Shown here: positions 1 through 12,390 of the stretch, piece by piece
Position numbering within the stretch: position 1 is the stretch's first letter
Layout of the letters: each line of letters starts with the position of its first letter
DNA from: Dicyema japonicum
Taxonomy: Eukaryota; Animalia; Dicyemida
Length of the DNA: 64,000 nucleotides
Direction: 5' to 3'
Assembly (NCBI GenBank): GCA_011109175.1
Contig: RDEW01000038.1
Location: 273,007-337,006 of the forward strand
The notes under the pieces: model-generated
What the model was told of the DNA's origin: nothing
Databases searched by the model: none
What the model saw: only the letters and a program-made list of their open reading frames with translations
Program-made: the position numbers and the translations under genes

Positions 1-17
1 ATTTTTTTATTTTCTAG

Positions 18-345
18 GCGTTAATCCATTCAAAAGGTATCGTGGTTTTCCTAGATTTAACACTGTTATGGAATCAGATGTTAAGGAAAATCCAAAAAGT
101 TTTAATATGAAAGAATTGCAAGTTGTAGGAAATCCCGACATTTATAGTAAAGGTTTTTTATTGCTATTTATTATAAAGATGATGAGTACCAGTTTGACTT
201 TAAGAGGGTGAATTTGCAGTCTTCATATTATAAAAGAATGAATAGGAAGATGGGAGTCCATCATTCAAATATTAGTTAAATGTTGGAGATATTGTATTCT
301 GTTTTTAAATACTTAAAGATTATGGGACGAATCCTTCTTTTTGAT
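18..345 (+). CDS. 3' part of an unidentified micro-intron gene (runs off the window start)
   Basis: Acceptor ttctag at 12-17, then an open frame GVNPFKRYRGFPRFNTVMESDVKENPK...IYSK. A short GT-AG intron follows (~153-178) and the frame resumes DDEYQFDFKRVNLQSSYYKR. The terminal exon is uncertain. Confidence 0.3.
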
Positions 346-739
346 TAAAAAGATTTGAACATCCGTATGGAAATTCAGTAACTATTGTCGAGAAATTGTC
401 TAACAATTTTGTCAAAGTCGAAGATAGTGCTGAAAGTTCATCTATTAAGAAAGTTCATTAAAGACGAATTTAAATAATAGTTAATTATCATTTGTTAATT
501 GTTAATAAATGTCATGTGATAGTGTCCTGGCTGTTGATACTGTCCGGGATGATAAGACAAATTTATCACTTGAAAACATTAACAACCACTAAGTTATGCT
601 TCGAAAGATGTGTCTCTTGTACCCTAAAAAACAAAAAATTTTATTTTGAATCAATAAAGCGATTAAACGTGAAAAGGGTTGAAAATAGAAGAGGTCGAAG
701 GATCGGTCTTTTGTTCTTTCAAAAAACAAAAAATTTTAT

Positions 740-3700
740 GACACCTCCAAATGCAATGCGGATACGGATCATAAACTTAAGTTTATAAACTGCAGATCAA
801 CAAAACACGGTGCAAGATATTGAGGATGCCTTGTGCTCGTGTAGGCCAGGCGAAAGTTAAATCCTCCAACTAAAAATACGGAACTGAAACCTATGAACGC
901 CATAGACGACAAAGTTGAAATACTAACACGAAATAGAATTATTGGTCCAAGGACTAACAAGCTCTCTTCAGCTAATCTTCCACATGAATCGGCTTGGCAA
1001 ACTAAAAAAATAGATACCAGGAAGAATCAAAAAAAACTAGAGGATATCATAACAAGACTGAAAGAATTAAGCAACGTACTAGGAGTTGATTTACGGGAAA
1101 TGGTGGACCTGGTCATGGAGAGCCCAGGCCACCAAAAAGAAATCTGATAAAACCTAAAGATAGTGCTAGTGAACGCCCGATCCTTGAAGAAGAGGCGTGA
1201 TGACCTGGCACTACTCATGTCGTCCACCAAGATTGACATCCTGGTGGTCAATGAGACCAAAATAAATAAATCAACACAGCAACAATAAAAGGTTATAATT
1301 CAATAGAAATACCATGGGTCGAAGGCGCAGAGGCTGGTAGTGAAACCACATTGTTCTATAACGATGTTCTACGTGTAAGTAAGCCAAGAGATACTTCGAA
1401 CACACATTGTGAACTTGTTACTATTGAGATACACTGTTGTAATTGTTAAATACATATTGGAGGAATGTACTTCAAAACTTAAGAAAATGCTCAACAGAAA
1501 TCGAAAATTTCTTCGCAGAGAACAACTTGTCTATCCTAGTGGGGGATCTGAACGTCAAGAACACTAAATATGGATAGTGGGGGATCTGAACGTCAAGGAC
1601 ACCTCAGAACCAATAAAAATAAAATCAGGTTAAGAAGACTAAGTGACAAGGCAGGTTTCGAGGTGACCTCGGAGAAAAATGACCTCGGAGAAGCCAAATC
1701 ACTACTCTTATTACGACGTAGACATGCTTGAGGTCTTTCTGCTATCACCACTACTATGCACTTATGTGGAGCAACCAATGATTATGCAGGACATCGGGAG
1801 CGACCACATCTCACAAGAAATAACATTAAACCTGGCTCCAGACTCCACGGAATCAATGTTTACAGGCTACGACTTATCAATACTAAATTGGGAACACTAT
1901 ATAAGATACATATCTAGAAACCTCAAAAACTAAGAGGATGGACCTTATTCCCGAAATGATATTGACAACATAGACAGAAACCTCTCAATTATGATGGAGA
2001 GATACTTATCACTTTACGCAAAAAGGAGAACTTTAAAGACCAATCATGAGAAAAGCATCAATCTTTCCCCTCATACTTTATCTATGATTAATGAAAGAAA
2101 CCGCATAAGGAACAAACTCAGAAAATGAGTTGACTGGATGGACTGGATTGCATTGACCAACAATCTGAAAATAATCAAAAAAATCATTAAATAGGGAACA
2201 AGACTGTCCCAAGAACGACATTTGAGGAACGAGGCATGCGAACTAAATACGAAAGACCCCTTTTTCTGGAAGTTCTACAAAAGATTAACTGGCCAGAACA
2301 TGAAGGATACAAAAATCTCTTTGACCAAACCAGAAGGAGAATCATGCTCTATAGAAGAAGCTCCAGCTATCTTTAAGAAGCAACTGGAGCATATCCAGAG
2401 GGTCAATCCAATGGAGCTAATCACAGGGGAAAAGTTGAAAGCTAAAAAAAAAATCCTAACGTACTCTCTGGATGATCTTAGTGATACCGAAATGGAGATA
2501 ACAACAGAGGAAGTTATAAATACGATCAGAACATGCAAGGCCAACGCCCCTGGATATAATCATACAAGTATGAGATTGTTCAAAAAAGGGCCGGATGATC
2601 TGCTGCTTGTGCTGAAGAATATATTTAACACGAGTATTACTCATGGATATGTCCCAATACGATGCAAATGTTCTATTATCAGAATGGTACTCAAACCGGA
2701 AAAGTCGGGGAGAACCCTCTCAAACTATAGACCGATCAGCCTCATTTGCTCTATTTCCAAGATTGCTGAGCGAATTATCTTCAAGAGGCTGAACGAGCAC
2801 GTAGAAGAGAGTGTTTTTTTCCTCGCGGAACAATGGGGCTTCAGACCTGGAAAATTCTTACGGACTGCATCTACCAGATGCATTCGACGGTATTGAGAGG
2901 TCTGGAATTCAAGAGACAAGTCAGCCTAGTATGTCTGGATCTGTCTAAAGCTTTTGATAGCGTGTGCCATGAAGCCTTCCTATCAAGGCAGCTGCAAATA
3001 TCCATAAGAAACACTTTATATAAATTAAGAACTTTCTAACAGAACGTACTTACCGAATACGTGTCGGACAATATATGTCAAAAGATATTACATTGAAGAG
3101 GGGAGTTCCACAGAGCTCTATCTTGAGCCCGCTGTTGTTCAATATATACTTGTCAGACTTCCCAATTTCACCTGATATGAACACCAGATATGAACACCAA
3201 GACGCGGATGACATTCAAATCATAGATACTTCTGGAAAATCCACTTTATCGGAAAATAGAATCAGGCTATTCGTTGATCAAGTTCAGGACTGGTGCTCCA
3301 AAAGAGAGATGACACTCTCTACCGAGTAATCGAGCCATATGAGAGTCAGTCGCCTACGGAGGCATCGTGTACAGTCTTATTTACTTGGCATCTCAAAAGT
3401 GAATTCACTTCGCTACTTTGGGATAGCCATCGATGGAAAAGGTTTCTTCATGGAAGATATCAGACAAAAAGGAAGAAAGCGCTTTTCTGTACAAGGAAGC
3501 TATCCGTAAGCTTGGAGACCTTCCTGTTTGTTTTCACGAGAGTTATTCTGCCGGAACTATTGTATGGATGCGAAGAATGGTGTTTCTCACGCCATAGAGA
3601 TAGAATTATACTACTTATGGAAAAATCAAGAAGGTTAGCAATAAAGCTGGCAATGGGGAAAATACTATTCAACACCTTCAGTATAGAAAAAGATAAAATT

Positions 3701-3790
3701 CTTACTCCGGTGAGATACATTGTGGAAAAAAGGATCGATGGGATCTATAGATAGGATAAAAAGAAAATGGAGATGAGGTACGTCAGAAGA
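740..3790 (+). mobile_element. Decayed two-ORF non-LTR retrotransposon (Jockey/I-like): ORF1 end, APE, RT
   Basis: APE start KIVLVNARSLKKR...DILVVNETK at ~1155. RT motifs YRPISLICSISKIAER, QWGFRPG, LDLSKAFDSV, GVPQSSILSPLLFNIY and DADD. Many stops and frameshifts. Confidence 0.85.
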
Positions 3791-3844
3791 GTCCAGGCGA
3801 CATAGGCGGACTCGCATAAACCTCTTAATTAACTCGAATAATAG

Positions 3845-5480
3845 TTGTGGAAATGTTTCAATTGTGCTTATGATACAAATAAAACCCTTAGATGTATCAA
3901 GGTTGCAAATATAATCTCTGACTTCGATTCTGCGGCTGTGGTCAGAGTGACATGGCGTTTTACGGAGGACTTTGTATTCTGCTTTAACAACTCACAAGAT
4001 GCTAGCTTATTTAAAAGAAATCTCAATGCAAAGTTTCCTTTTGGGGTTAATGGACACAAACTTACACGAACTTAGTTGCCACACTCGGAAATTGTATTAG
4101 AAATTTTACCAACGTGGGTAGAACTTGAAGAGCTTAATGAATACATTGCTACTATTGTATCTTCAGAATTCACTATCAAAATATTTGAAAAACTAGGCGA
4201 AAGATTACCTATGGCAAAACTAATAATAGAAAACCGTGGAGAAGCTCAGTCTTTAATTAGACTTGGTTTTAAAATTGGTTTTTTACAAGTCACTGCTGAA
4301 TGGTTTCAAAAACCTGAAATTCAATGCTTTCGCTGTAAGTTATTAGGTCATATTGCGCGTTTCTGCAAAAACGTTGAAAGATGTTTAATTTTTTCAGGAA
4401 CCTACAGAAGGTCGGACTGTAAACTTGACTTAAAGAACGGTAAAAATTGCATAAATTGTAGATCAACTAACCACATGACTAACTACTGTGAGTGCTCTTG
4501 TGCAAAATCAGCAAATAAACTCAAGATGGATAAATTCTTACCTCAAAGTAAACCTCGCAATGAAAGTGTTGCTAAAGGAAGTAATATTGCCAGGAGGATC
4601 GGAGACAATAAAGATTTGGCCAAGCCAACTCAAATAAGATGGAATCCGATCACTCCTAAGAATACGACCTCGGATATTAGTATGCAGACGGCTAGACCAC
4701 CAGTGTCCTTCGTTGACAGTGGATCCCAAAAACAGTCACTAAGTCAATCAGAGAATACAAATGATCCGAATGGATAGGAAGAACCCACGATAAACAGAAA
4801 TGTTCAGGAAGAGGAACGTTTTCATAATATTATTGAACAATTATTTAAAAATATAAAAAACATGACAAGAACGAAGAAGGATGCCAAGTTTTTACTTGGT
4901 CTGGTGTCGATCCTAAGAAGACAGAACAGCCACCAAGAAAGTCAGATATAACCAGGATTATCTTAGTTAATGCCCGCTCTCTTAAGAAGCGGGCTGCGGA
5001 GCTGGTAGCCCTTACCAGCGCTGTTAAGATGGATGTATTAATTATTAATGAAACGAAGATGAAAAACCCTGGAATTTTTAATATCTCAGGTTATAATTCG
5101 ATTGATATTCCATAGCGTTCCGGTGCAATAGCTGCTACAGGAAACTCTATTTTCTACAAAATGAGTATTAAAACGCGATTGCCTAGAATAATAGAAGAGA
5201 ATGTCTGTGAATTATTATGCATTGATTTTTACACTTCTATTGGTTGGATAACAATTGGTGGAATTTACTCCAAAAGATTAAAAAATTATTCAAGGATTAT
5301 AAAAGATTTTTTCGCTAAGAATGCAAACCCAATATTTGTGAAAGATTGCAATGCAAAAAATATTGCATATGGTTGTTTGAAATCTTAATCTGACGGCAAA
5401 TGTTTATTGGAATTAATGGAATCAGAAAATATAGAAGTTTTTACGTCTAAAGAACTTAATCATTTCCTATATCGTGTATG
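3845..5480 (+). mobile_element. Same Jockey/I-like family: gag-like ORF1 with Zn knuckles plus APE N-terminus
   Basis: QCFRCKLLGHIARFC and CINCRSTNHMTNYCEC knuckles in ORF 4076-4777. APE motif RIILVNARSLKKR...DVLIINETK at ~4955. Confidence 0.8.
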
Positions 5481-5489
5481 CCAACTTTA

Positions 5490-6300
5490 TATAAACTTAG
5501 AATATATGCCTGAAAGTTGGTTTTAAACTGGAATAACCTATTTAATTTAAAAAAAAATGATTGTCCTAAAAAATGATTGTGCGACTCGTAAAGACTTACG
5601 TCCTATAACGTGTATGCCAACTTTATATAAACTTATTACCAAATGTGTTAATTCCAAACTCGCAGATTTTGTGTATTCGTTTGGTCTAATATCTGACAAT
5701 CAGCTGGGATGAGGAAACATTGTCAGGGCGCTAAGGAACAGGCCCTTATTAATCAATGCTTAAATAAGGAGTATGGAAACGCCCTTTATTCTGCTTGGGT
5801 GGATGTGAAAAAGGCCTTTGATTCTGTTAACCATGAATTTTTATTTCATGTTTTGGATTGTTCAGGAATACCCCGTTTGATTGTTAACTTTGTAAAGACC
5901 ATAGTCAAGAAGTGGACTGTAAATCTCCACTTAGATGGAAGAAGAATTGGTTCTGTAAAACTGGGACGTGGAATTCTGCAAGGAGATTCATTATCCCCTC
6001 AACTATTTGTTATGGTAATGGAACCCTTGAGCAGGACCCTTAACTTTATGTTCCCAAGACTCCAAATTAANNTGGAAGAAGAATTGGTTCTGTAAAACTG
6101 GGACGTGGAATTCTGCAAGGAGATTCATTATCCCCTCGACTATTTGTTATGGTAATGAAACCCTTGAGCAGGACCCTTAATTCTATGTTCCCAACACTCC
6201 AAATTAATCAGGAGGATCTTAATACACTGATTTATTCATTGATGACCTAAAGATATTTGGGCTAAAAGAAAATACTGTTATTAAAATGATGAAAGTTGTT
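5490..6300 (+). mobile_element. RT fragment of an RLE-type (R4/NeSL-like) non-LTR element
   Basis: LRPITCMPTLYKLIT, QGAKEQALIN, AWVDVKKAFDSVNH, GILQGDSLSP and FIDDLK motifs. Confidence 0.75.
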
Positions 6301-7216
6301 CGCGATTTCAAATTAACTAATTAAGCGTATTTTCAAATTAACTAATTAAGCGTATCCACGAAGTATCTTATGAGAAGGGTGTACATCACCCCACTCCAAT
6401 TCATATTCCCCAAACCACCCCAGAGAAGTTGCGCTGAATCCCAGAAGGCGCACGAGGAGGAAATGAGAAATCTGATAGAGGCCTTCAAGATCATTTAATT
6501 AATTTAGTAATTAAAATAAATATTGGAATTCTTGGGTTAATAATTATATTAATTTATTTTTAGTGGTTGAGAATTTTTTATGTTGTGTTGCTATGTGGCT
6601 AGTTGGTCAAAAGCTATTTTCTTCCTTCCGGCATCAAGAGGATTTAACTATTCTTCCCTGGGGAACAATGTCGTTACTTGGAAACAAGTTCAGGAACGCT
6701 GGAACGAGTCAGGATCAAGGAGTTAGTTTGGTTACCCTCGGTCTTTGCAATAATTATAATTTTTTAATATTCAAATTTATGAAAATCGTTTATTAACCAC
6801 AAATTTGGCAAATAAAATTAATTGATACAACNTGGAACAATTTACCAAGGTCCTCGACATCTTTAGGTGAAAAAGTCATCTTTTTGAAATCTTATAAAAA
6901 TTGATTTTAACAGGTTCTATGGGTAAGTGGAACAATTTACCAAGGTTCTCGACATCTTTAGGTAAACATTTATTTTTTTTAAATATTTTTATTTAAATTT
7001 AAAATGAAAGATTTATTTTCAAAAGGAAAAATAGAAAATAATTATAAATGTAATAGAATATATATTCAACTAAATTGAATATATATTCTATCGGATCCAA
7101 GTTAAGTAACATTTGTTCTTAAACAAATCTCAATGTATTCTCAGATAAAGCGATATATTCGCTAAAATCTCGTGATGTTTATTGATCAACTTATCCAAAA
7201 CCTGAAAAAATTAATT

Positions 7217-7269
7217 GGAGGCCATTTTGAATGGAGGCCGTTTTGAAAGAGGCCATTTTGAATGGACAC
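7217..7269. repeat. Three tandem copies of a ~16-nt unit (gaggccattttgaatg), possibly a DNA-transposon subterminal repeat
   Basis: Direct repeats visible in the sequence. Confidence 0.5.
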
Positions 7270-7289
7270 GTGAGTTAGTTATGACTGTT

Positions 7290-7333
7290 TGTACTGGGCT
7301 TACTGTGGTAAGCCTGGGGTTAATAATAATAAN
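7290..7333 (+). mobile_element. Isolated LINE 3' terminus (hairpin + GGTTA(ATA)n)
   Basis: ctgggcttac-tgtg-gtaagcctgg stem-loop followed by ggttaataataataa. Same layout as the Vingi-like 3' ends. Confidence 0.6.
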
Positions 7334-7334
7334 A

Positions 7335-7597
7335 CGATGACTTACATCCAATCGGTTGTGCTGAAGAGAACGCTCGAAAGTATGCTCATTGAAGATAAGC
7401 ATGGGATGAAGGTATACGATGAACAGTACGCTTCTGCTACCTCCCAACTTGTGGAACTGACATGCCGTGAGGACAGCCCACTAGACTCTAACGGAGATAT
7501 TTTGACTGAATCTGATGTGGAGATGCGGAGTAACAGGGAGGTTATGGCACACTCTTCTTCTAAAAGAAGAAGAGGGATTACCAACAATCTGGATTAA
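7335..7597 (+). mobile_element. Probable C-terminal fragment of the R4-like RLE element
   Basis: TYIQSVVLKRTLES resembles the end of RLE domains in this group. Confidence 0.35.
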
Positions 7598-7639
7598 AAT
7601 ACGCTTAATTAGTTGATTTACTCGTTATTATTATTTTAT

Positions 7640-8565
7640 TTGACTACTGCTAATAATGAAATATTGGAACTAAAAATTGGGAATGAGAAAATAGAGAGTT
7701 GCGATAATGTTGTCTTTCTGGGATGTCTAATTAATTGGAATGGTGACGGAGGCCTGGAAATCAAGAGGCGAATTGCCATGGGACGAGACACTTTTAAAAG
7801 AATGAATAGAATTTGGAAAAACAAAGTTATTTCCTTAAGGACCAAATGCAGATTAGTTAATGCAATCGTGTTCCCTGGTTTTTTTATACGGCGCAGAATC
7901 ATGGACATTAAAAGGCGGATAGGCGAAGAATTAATGTTTTTGAGCTGTGGTGCTGCAGGAGGTTACTAAGAATCCCTTAGACCTCCAAAGTAGNATTAAT
8001 TGGAATGGTGACGGAGGCCTGGAAATCAAGAGGCGAATTGCCATGGGACGAGACACTTTTAAAAGAATGAATAGAATTTGGAAAAACAAAGTTATTTCCT
8101 TAAGGACCAAATGCAGATTAGTTAATGCAATCGTGTTCCCGGGTTTTTTTATACGGCGCAGAATCATGGACATTAAAAGGCGGATAGGCGAAGAATTAAT
8201 GTTTTTGAGCTGTGGTGCTGCAGGAGGTTACTAAGAATCCCTTAGACCTCCAAAGTAGCAACCATCAATGTACTCAAACGGGTAGAGACTGACATTTCGC
8301 TAGAAGGAAGAATCGTATAACACAGATTGGCGTTCTTTGGGCATGTTGTCCGCTCTAATTCACTGGAAAAAGACCTGGCCGACCAAGGACTCGGTGGCTA
8401 ACCACGGTGGAAGACGTCACGGGAATGCCTATATAAAGGCTACTCCAAATTGCAACGGATCTCCAAGGGTCGTTCATGAGATCTCGGATCTCGATAGTGG
8501 AGGAAACTCGTTCATGAGATCTCTAAGGGTCGGACACGACTAAAGTGGACAACATAACATAACAT
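7640..8565 (+). mobile_element. 3' portion of an RTE/BovB-like LINE
   Basis: EIKRRIAMGR, IWKNKVISLRTKCRLVNAIVFP, WCCRRLLRIP and LAFFGHVVR motifs. (ACATA)n tail at ~8550. Confidence 0.85.
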
Positions 8566-9095
8566 GTTTTTTTTATTTTTGAAAAATCTTCTATTTTGAA
8601 GTGATAACAGAAAATATCCGTGAAAAGTTAACCACCGTGAAATAGGTAGTTAATCTATTTAAATTTTATATGTATATCATGGATATATAGGTCAATCAAA
8701 TTAATTCTTTTATTTGATGTTATATCCTTAATTTCGCCTTAGATAATTTTTATAGGGTTATTTCGAATAAGCTCTAACTTTGACACCTCTGCAAGACCAT
8801 TTTGTTAGAAAATTTAAAAAGTTATTAAATTGGAATTTCAGGGCGTTAAACTTTGCATATTCAGCTAAAATTACTAAATCAAAAAAAACACTTGGAAAAT
8901 CACAAAAATAACTCAATTTTGTCAAAAATAAAGAAATATATGGTAATTCTATGAAAAATGATTAGTTAAACACAATAAAAATACCAAAAAAAACTCAGTA
9001 TTTTTTTTCTAAATTGTTAATAATTAGAATAATGAATATTTCCAACGTACATATATAGATTATTATCGCTAAAAAATTATTTTAGGTGTGTTTAA

Positions 9096-10952
9096 ATGGA
9101 AGAATATCAACCAAATGAAAAGTGCACTAATCAAAGACAACAATGGGGAGGAAAAATCGACTACATGATGTCTTGTGTTTCCTATGGAGTTGGACTTGGA
9201 AACATTTGGCGATTCCCACTTTTAGCTACACGTAATTCTGGAGGTTAAGTAATTGAGTGATTCTTTTAGTGGTATTTTTACTACCGTATTGTTTTTTCAT
9301 GGGAATAGTCGGATTTTCAGTTCAATATCTAGAACTCTCAATTGGTCAATACATGCAAATGAATGCTGTTATGATTTGGAATCATTTAAACAAATATATT
9401 GGTGGGTTGGGCTGGTGTTGTGTAGCTATGACATCCTTGCTAGCTCTCTATTACCACGTCTTAGTAGCCTGGTCTCTATACTTTTGTGTGCTATCATTTT
9501 TTCCTGGCAAATGGACAACCATAGAAAAAAATGCCAATATTAGCAAAGCTCAGGAGTTTTGGTTTGATGAATTTCTTCGAACCAGCAGTGACATTCGAAT
9601 CAATGGAGGTATCAACTGGCAAATAGCCCTGGCTTTGTTTTTCGCGTGGCTGTTACTATTTTTTTCAATCTTTAAAGGGGTCAAATCCTCCGGAAAGGTA
9701 CTTTTGTGTTTATTAAACAGGCGGTTTACTTTACAACAATAATTCCTTATGCGGTGATGTTGATATTCTTAATTTATGGGTCCACAAAGCCCGGTGCATT
9801 AAGTGGGATAAATAATTTGTTCACATTAAATGTACTTAATTTAAACATTCAGGTCGACAAATTTAAAAATTTTGAACTTTGGGCTGACGCTGCCGGTCAA
9901 GTGTTCTTCTCTCTGAGTGTAGGGACAAGTTCTCTCATCACCATGTCCAGTTATATGCCAAAAAACAACAACTGTCTTCTTGACAGCATCGTAATTATTG
10001 TTACAAATATATTTACATCTATTTTCATGGTAAGTGTCATATACATCTCAGTGGGAGTCAATGCTCATACATTGTGTTCGGCTGCGTAAGTCATTGATTA
10101 ATAAATTAGAAACACTACTGATCTAGAACAATGTATTATTCAAAAAATTAATAATGTAAACTTTAGAAAATAATTTTTAGAATAATCAAGGATCCGGACT
10201 AGCTTTCATAACAATGCTTGACATAATCTCTAAGTTTAAGATTCCGCAGATGTGGTCCCTTCTTTACTTTTTAATGCTTCTTTCGCTGGGACTTGGGACT
10301 CAAATTGGAAATGTCCAAGGAATACTTGGGGCAATTTCTGAGCTTCAACTACCAAACGTACTAAGAAAAAAATGGGTGTTGGCCGGTAAGCCCAAACTTG
10401 ATTATTTTAAGTGATCTACACGAGTACATCTTTTACTATAGGACTTATATTTGCGGGAGGAAATGGAATATATATTTTTGACCTATTCAATGATTTTACT
10501 GCTAACTATTCGCTTGTATGCATTATACTTTTGGAGTTCATATCTGTCAGTTATTTTTTAGATTTAAAAAAGTTTTTAGTGAAAATATAATTTTATAGGT
10601 TTCTCTCAGAAATGAAAACAATGACGGGGTACAGTCCAGGATTTTTATATTTTTATTCCGTCAAATATGTTTCTCCTGTTCTCATAGTCTTCGCTTTGGT
10701 GAGCTTGATTATAAAATCGATACTTCAGGGAGCAGAATATCAAAGATATGATCCACATGAGGTAATTTTAAAGATTAATAAAATTAGAAAAAAACAATTG
10801 CAACAAAATATCCAAATTCGTTCATACCACTTATCTTATCAGTAATCATGATCCCGTTAATGATAATTTTAATATTTGCTTTAAAAAACTATATTGATTC
10901 AAAGAGAGCAAAACAGTTTGCCTCTTCTCGTGGCATCATTACAGCCTTATAA
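9096..10952 (+). CDS. SLC6/SNF-family Na+-dependent transporter (amino-acid type), 9 exons
   Basis: RQQWGGKIDYMMSCVSYGVGLGNIWRFP, LELSIGQY, KGVKSSGK|AVYFT, WADAAGQVFFSLS and QGSGLAF motifs. GT-AG introns 9244-9269, 9698-9720, 9832-9852, 10086-10109, 10156-10180, 10386-10411, 10572-10598 and 10762-10787 give an uninterrupted frame to TAA. AATAAA lies just downstream. Confidence 0.93.
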
Positions 10953-11599
10953 CCATAAATAAAACTAACAGAATTTTCTTTTCTCTTTTAATTGTAATAA
11001 TTAATAATTTCATAACTAGGTCAATATTATTTAGTCTTGTGGTGGAAATAAATTTGTGTTTAAATATGACCTATAGTCTAAACAAATATGACTTTCTAAT
11101 ATGCTAATAATAGAACCCTCATAGGAAATATACACATTATTATACTAACCAATCGTTAAAGGGAGCAAACCAAGAATTGTTCTTTTTATTTCGCGTGAGT
11201 CTTTTCCCCGAATTGTGGTCAGCAGGACTTTTCTCAGGATTTATGATCTGGAAAAACTAAAGAGTATAAATCTTTCAATTTATTCACTTAATATATAGAT
11301 TTATGATTATTAATTTCTTAAAATATTCAAATTATAATAATTTGAGATGCAGGAAAGTCGATGAACAATTTTCCATTTCAACTAAAACAAATTTATAATG
11401 AAAATAAAATCTGTTAATTTATTTAGGAAAAAAAAGAGAGTTAAAACCTTTATCTTAATTTGCTTAAGATTAACCATTTTCTCGCCTTGCTTGATGAATA
11501 TGAATATTTTCACATTCCGATTGAATATTATTAAGAACATTCGGAAATTTTTAAATAATAATCTTATCATTTTCCTTAAGAAAAACACATACAAGATCA

Positions 11600-12390
11600 A
11601 GATAACCTACGATGCAAAGAACTATTCATCTTACTAGGTAGGATCAATTTCTCTTCCAGATACGCAAAAATAAAACAAGCAATCAAAGAATGAAAGTCTA
11701 AAGAGGAAGCACTTTCCCGACAATGCTAATATGTCCAGAATCCATGACTTCAATAAGGTTAAATCACTGAAAAGGTCATTTCAAACCGATATCATAAATG
11801 ATTATGGATCTAACAAAAACTTCTCAAATGACCACCATGTTAATCTACAGAGTATTAAGCAGAGAAAATCAGATGAGTTGTTTGTATATACCTTGCACAA
11901 GACGTCTGATGAGCTATTAGAACTAATTTCCCTCATATTCAGCATATTGACTACCACAAATATTATCCCCGAATTATGGAAAAAATCATTCATTATACAT
12001 AAGCCAGACAAACCGATTAACGAGCCATCCTCCTACTAGTCAATCTCCATATTATGTTTCCTCTCAAAAATCCTTAACAAACTGATTCTTGAACGTATTC
12101 GAAGAACTATCAAATTGTCACACAGATTTCAAGCCAACAATCAACTACCACTCATCTTGTCTCCCTAAGGTAATTTATTGAGAAGAATTAAACAATGAGA
12201 CCACATCGATTATGAGTGCCGTTTTTGTCTATGTAAGCAAGACATTCGACTCGGTATCAAGAAAAATTATTTTGAAAAAAATTTTGGAGATTAATATTCA
12301 CTCGAATGTTAAACTTTGGTTGGTTTACTTTATGAGCGGAAGACGAGGCCAAGTCAAGTATAACCAAATGGTGTCAAAAATGTATCTACC
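11600..12390 (+). mobile_element. Decayed LINE RT fragment (Vingi-like)
   Basis: IPELWKKSFII..KPDKP..EPSSY and VSKTFDSVSR...FMSGRRGQV remnants. Confidence 0.7.

Noticed and set aside
5937-6210. Tandem duplication in the R4-like RT
   Set aside because: Copies flank 'nn'; probably a contig-overlap or haplotype assembly artefact.
7730-8258. ~260-bp near-perfect duplication in the RTE
   Set aside because: Junction is a single 'n'; scaffolding artefact likely.
11382-11637. Overlapping AT-rich ORFs
   Set aside because: Low-complexity chance ORFs.
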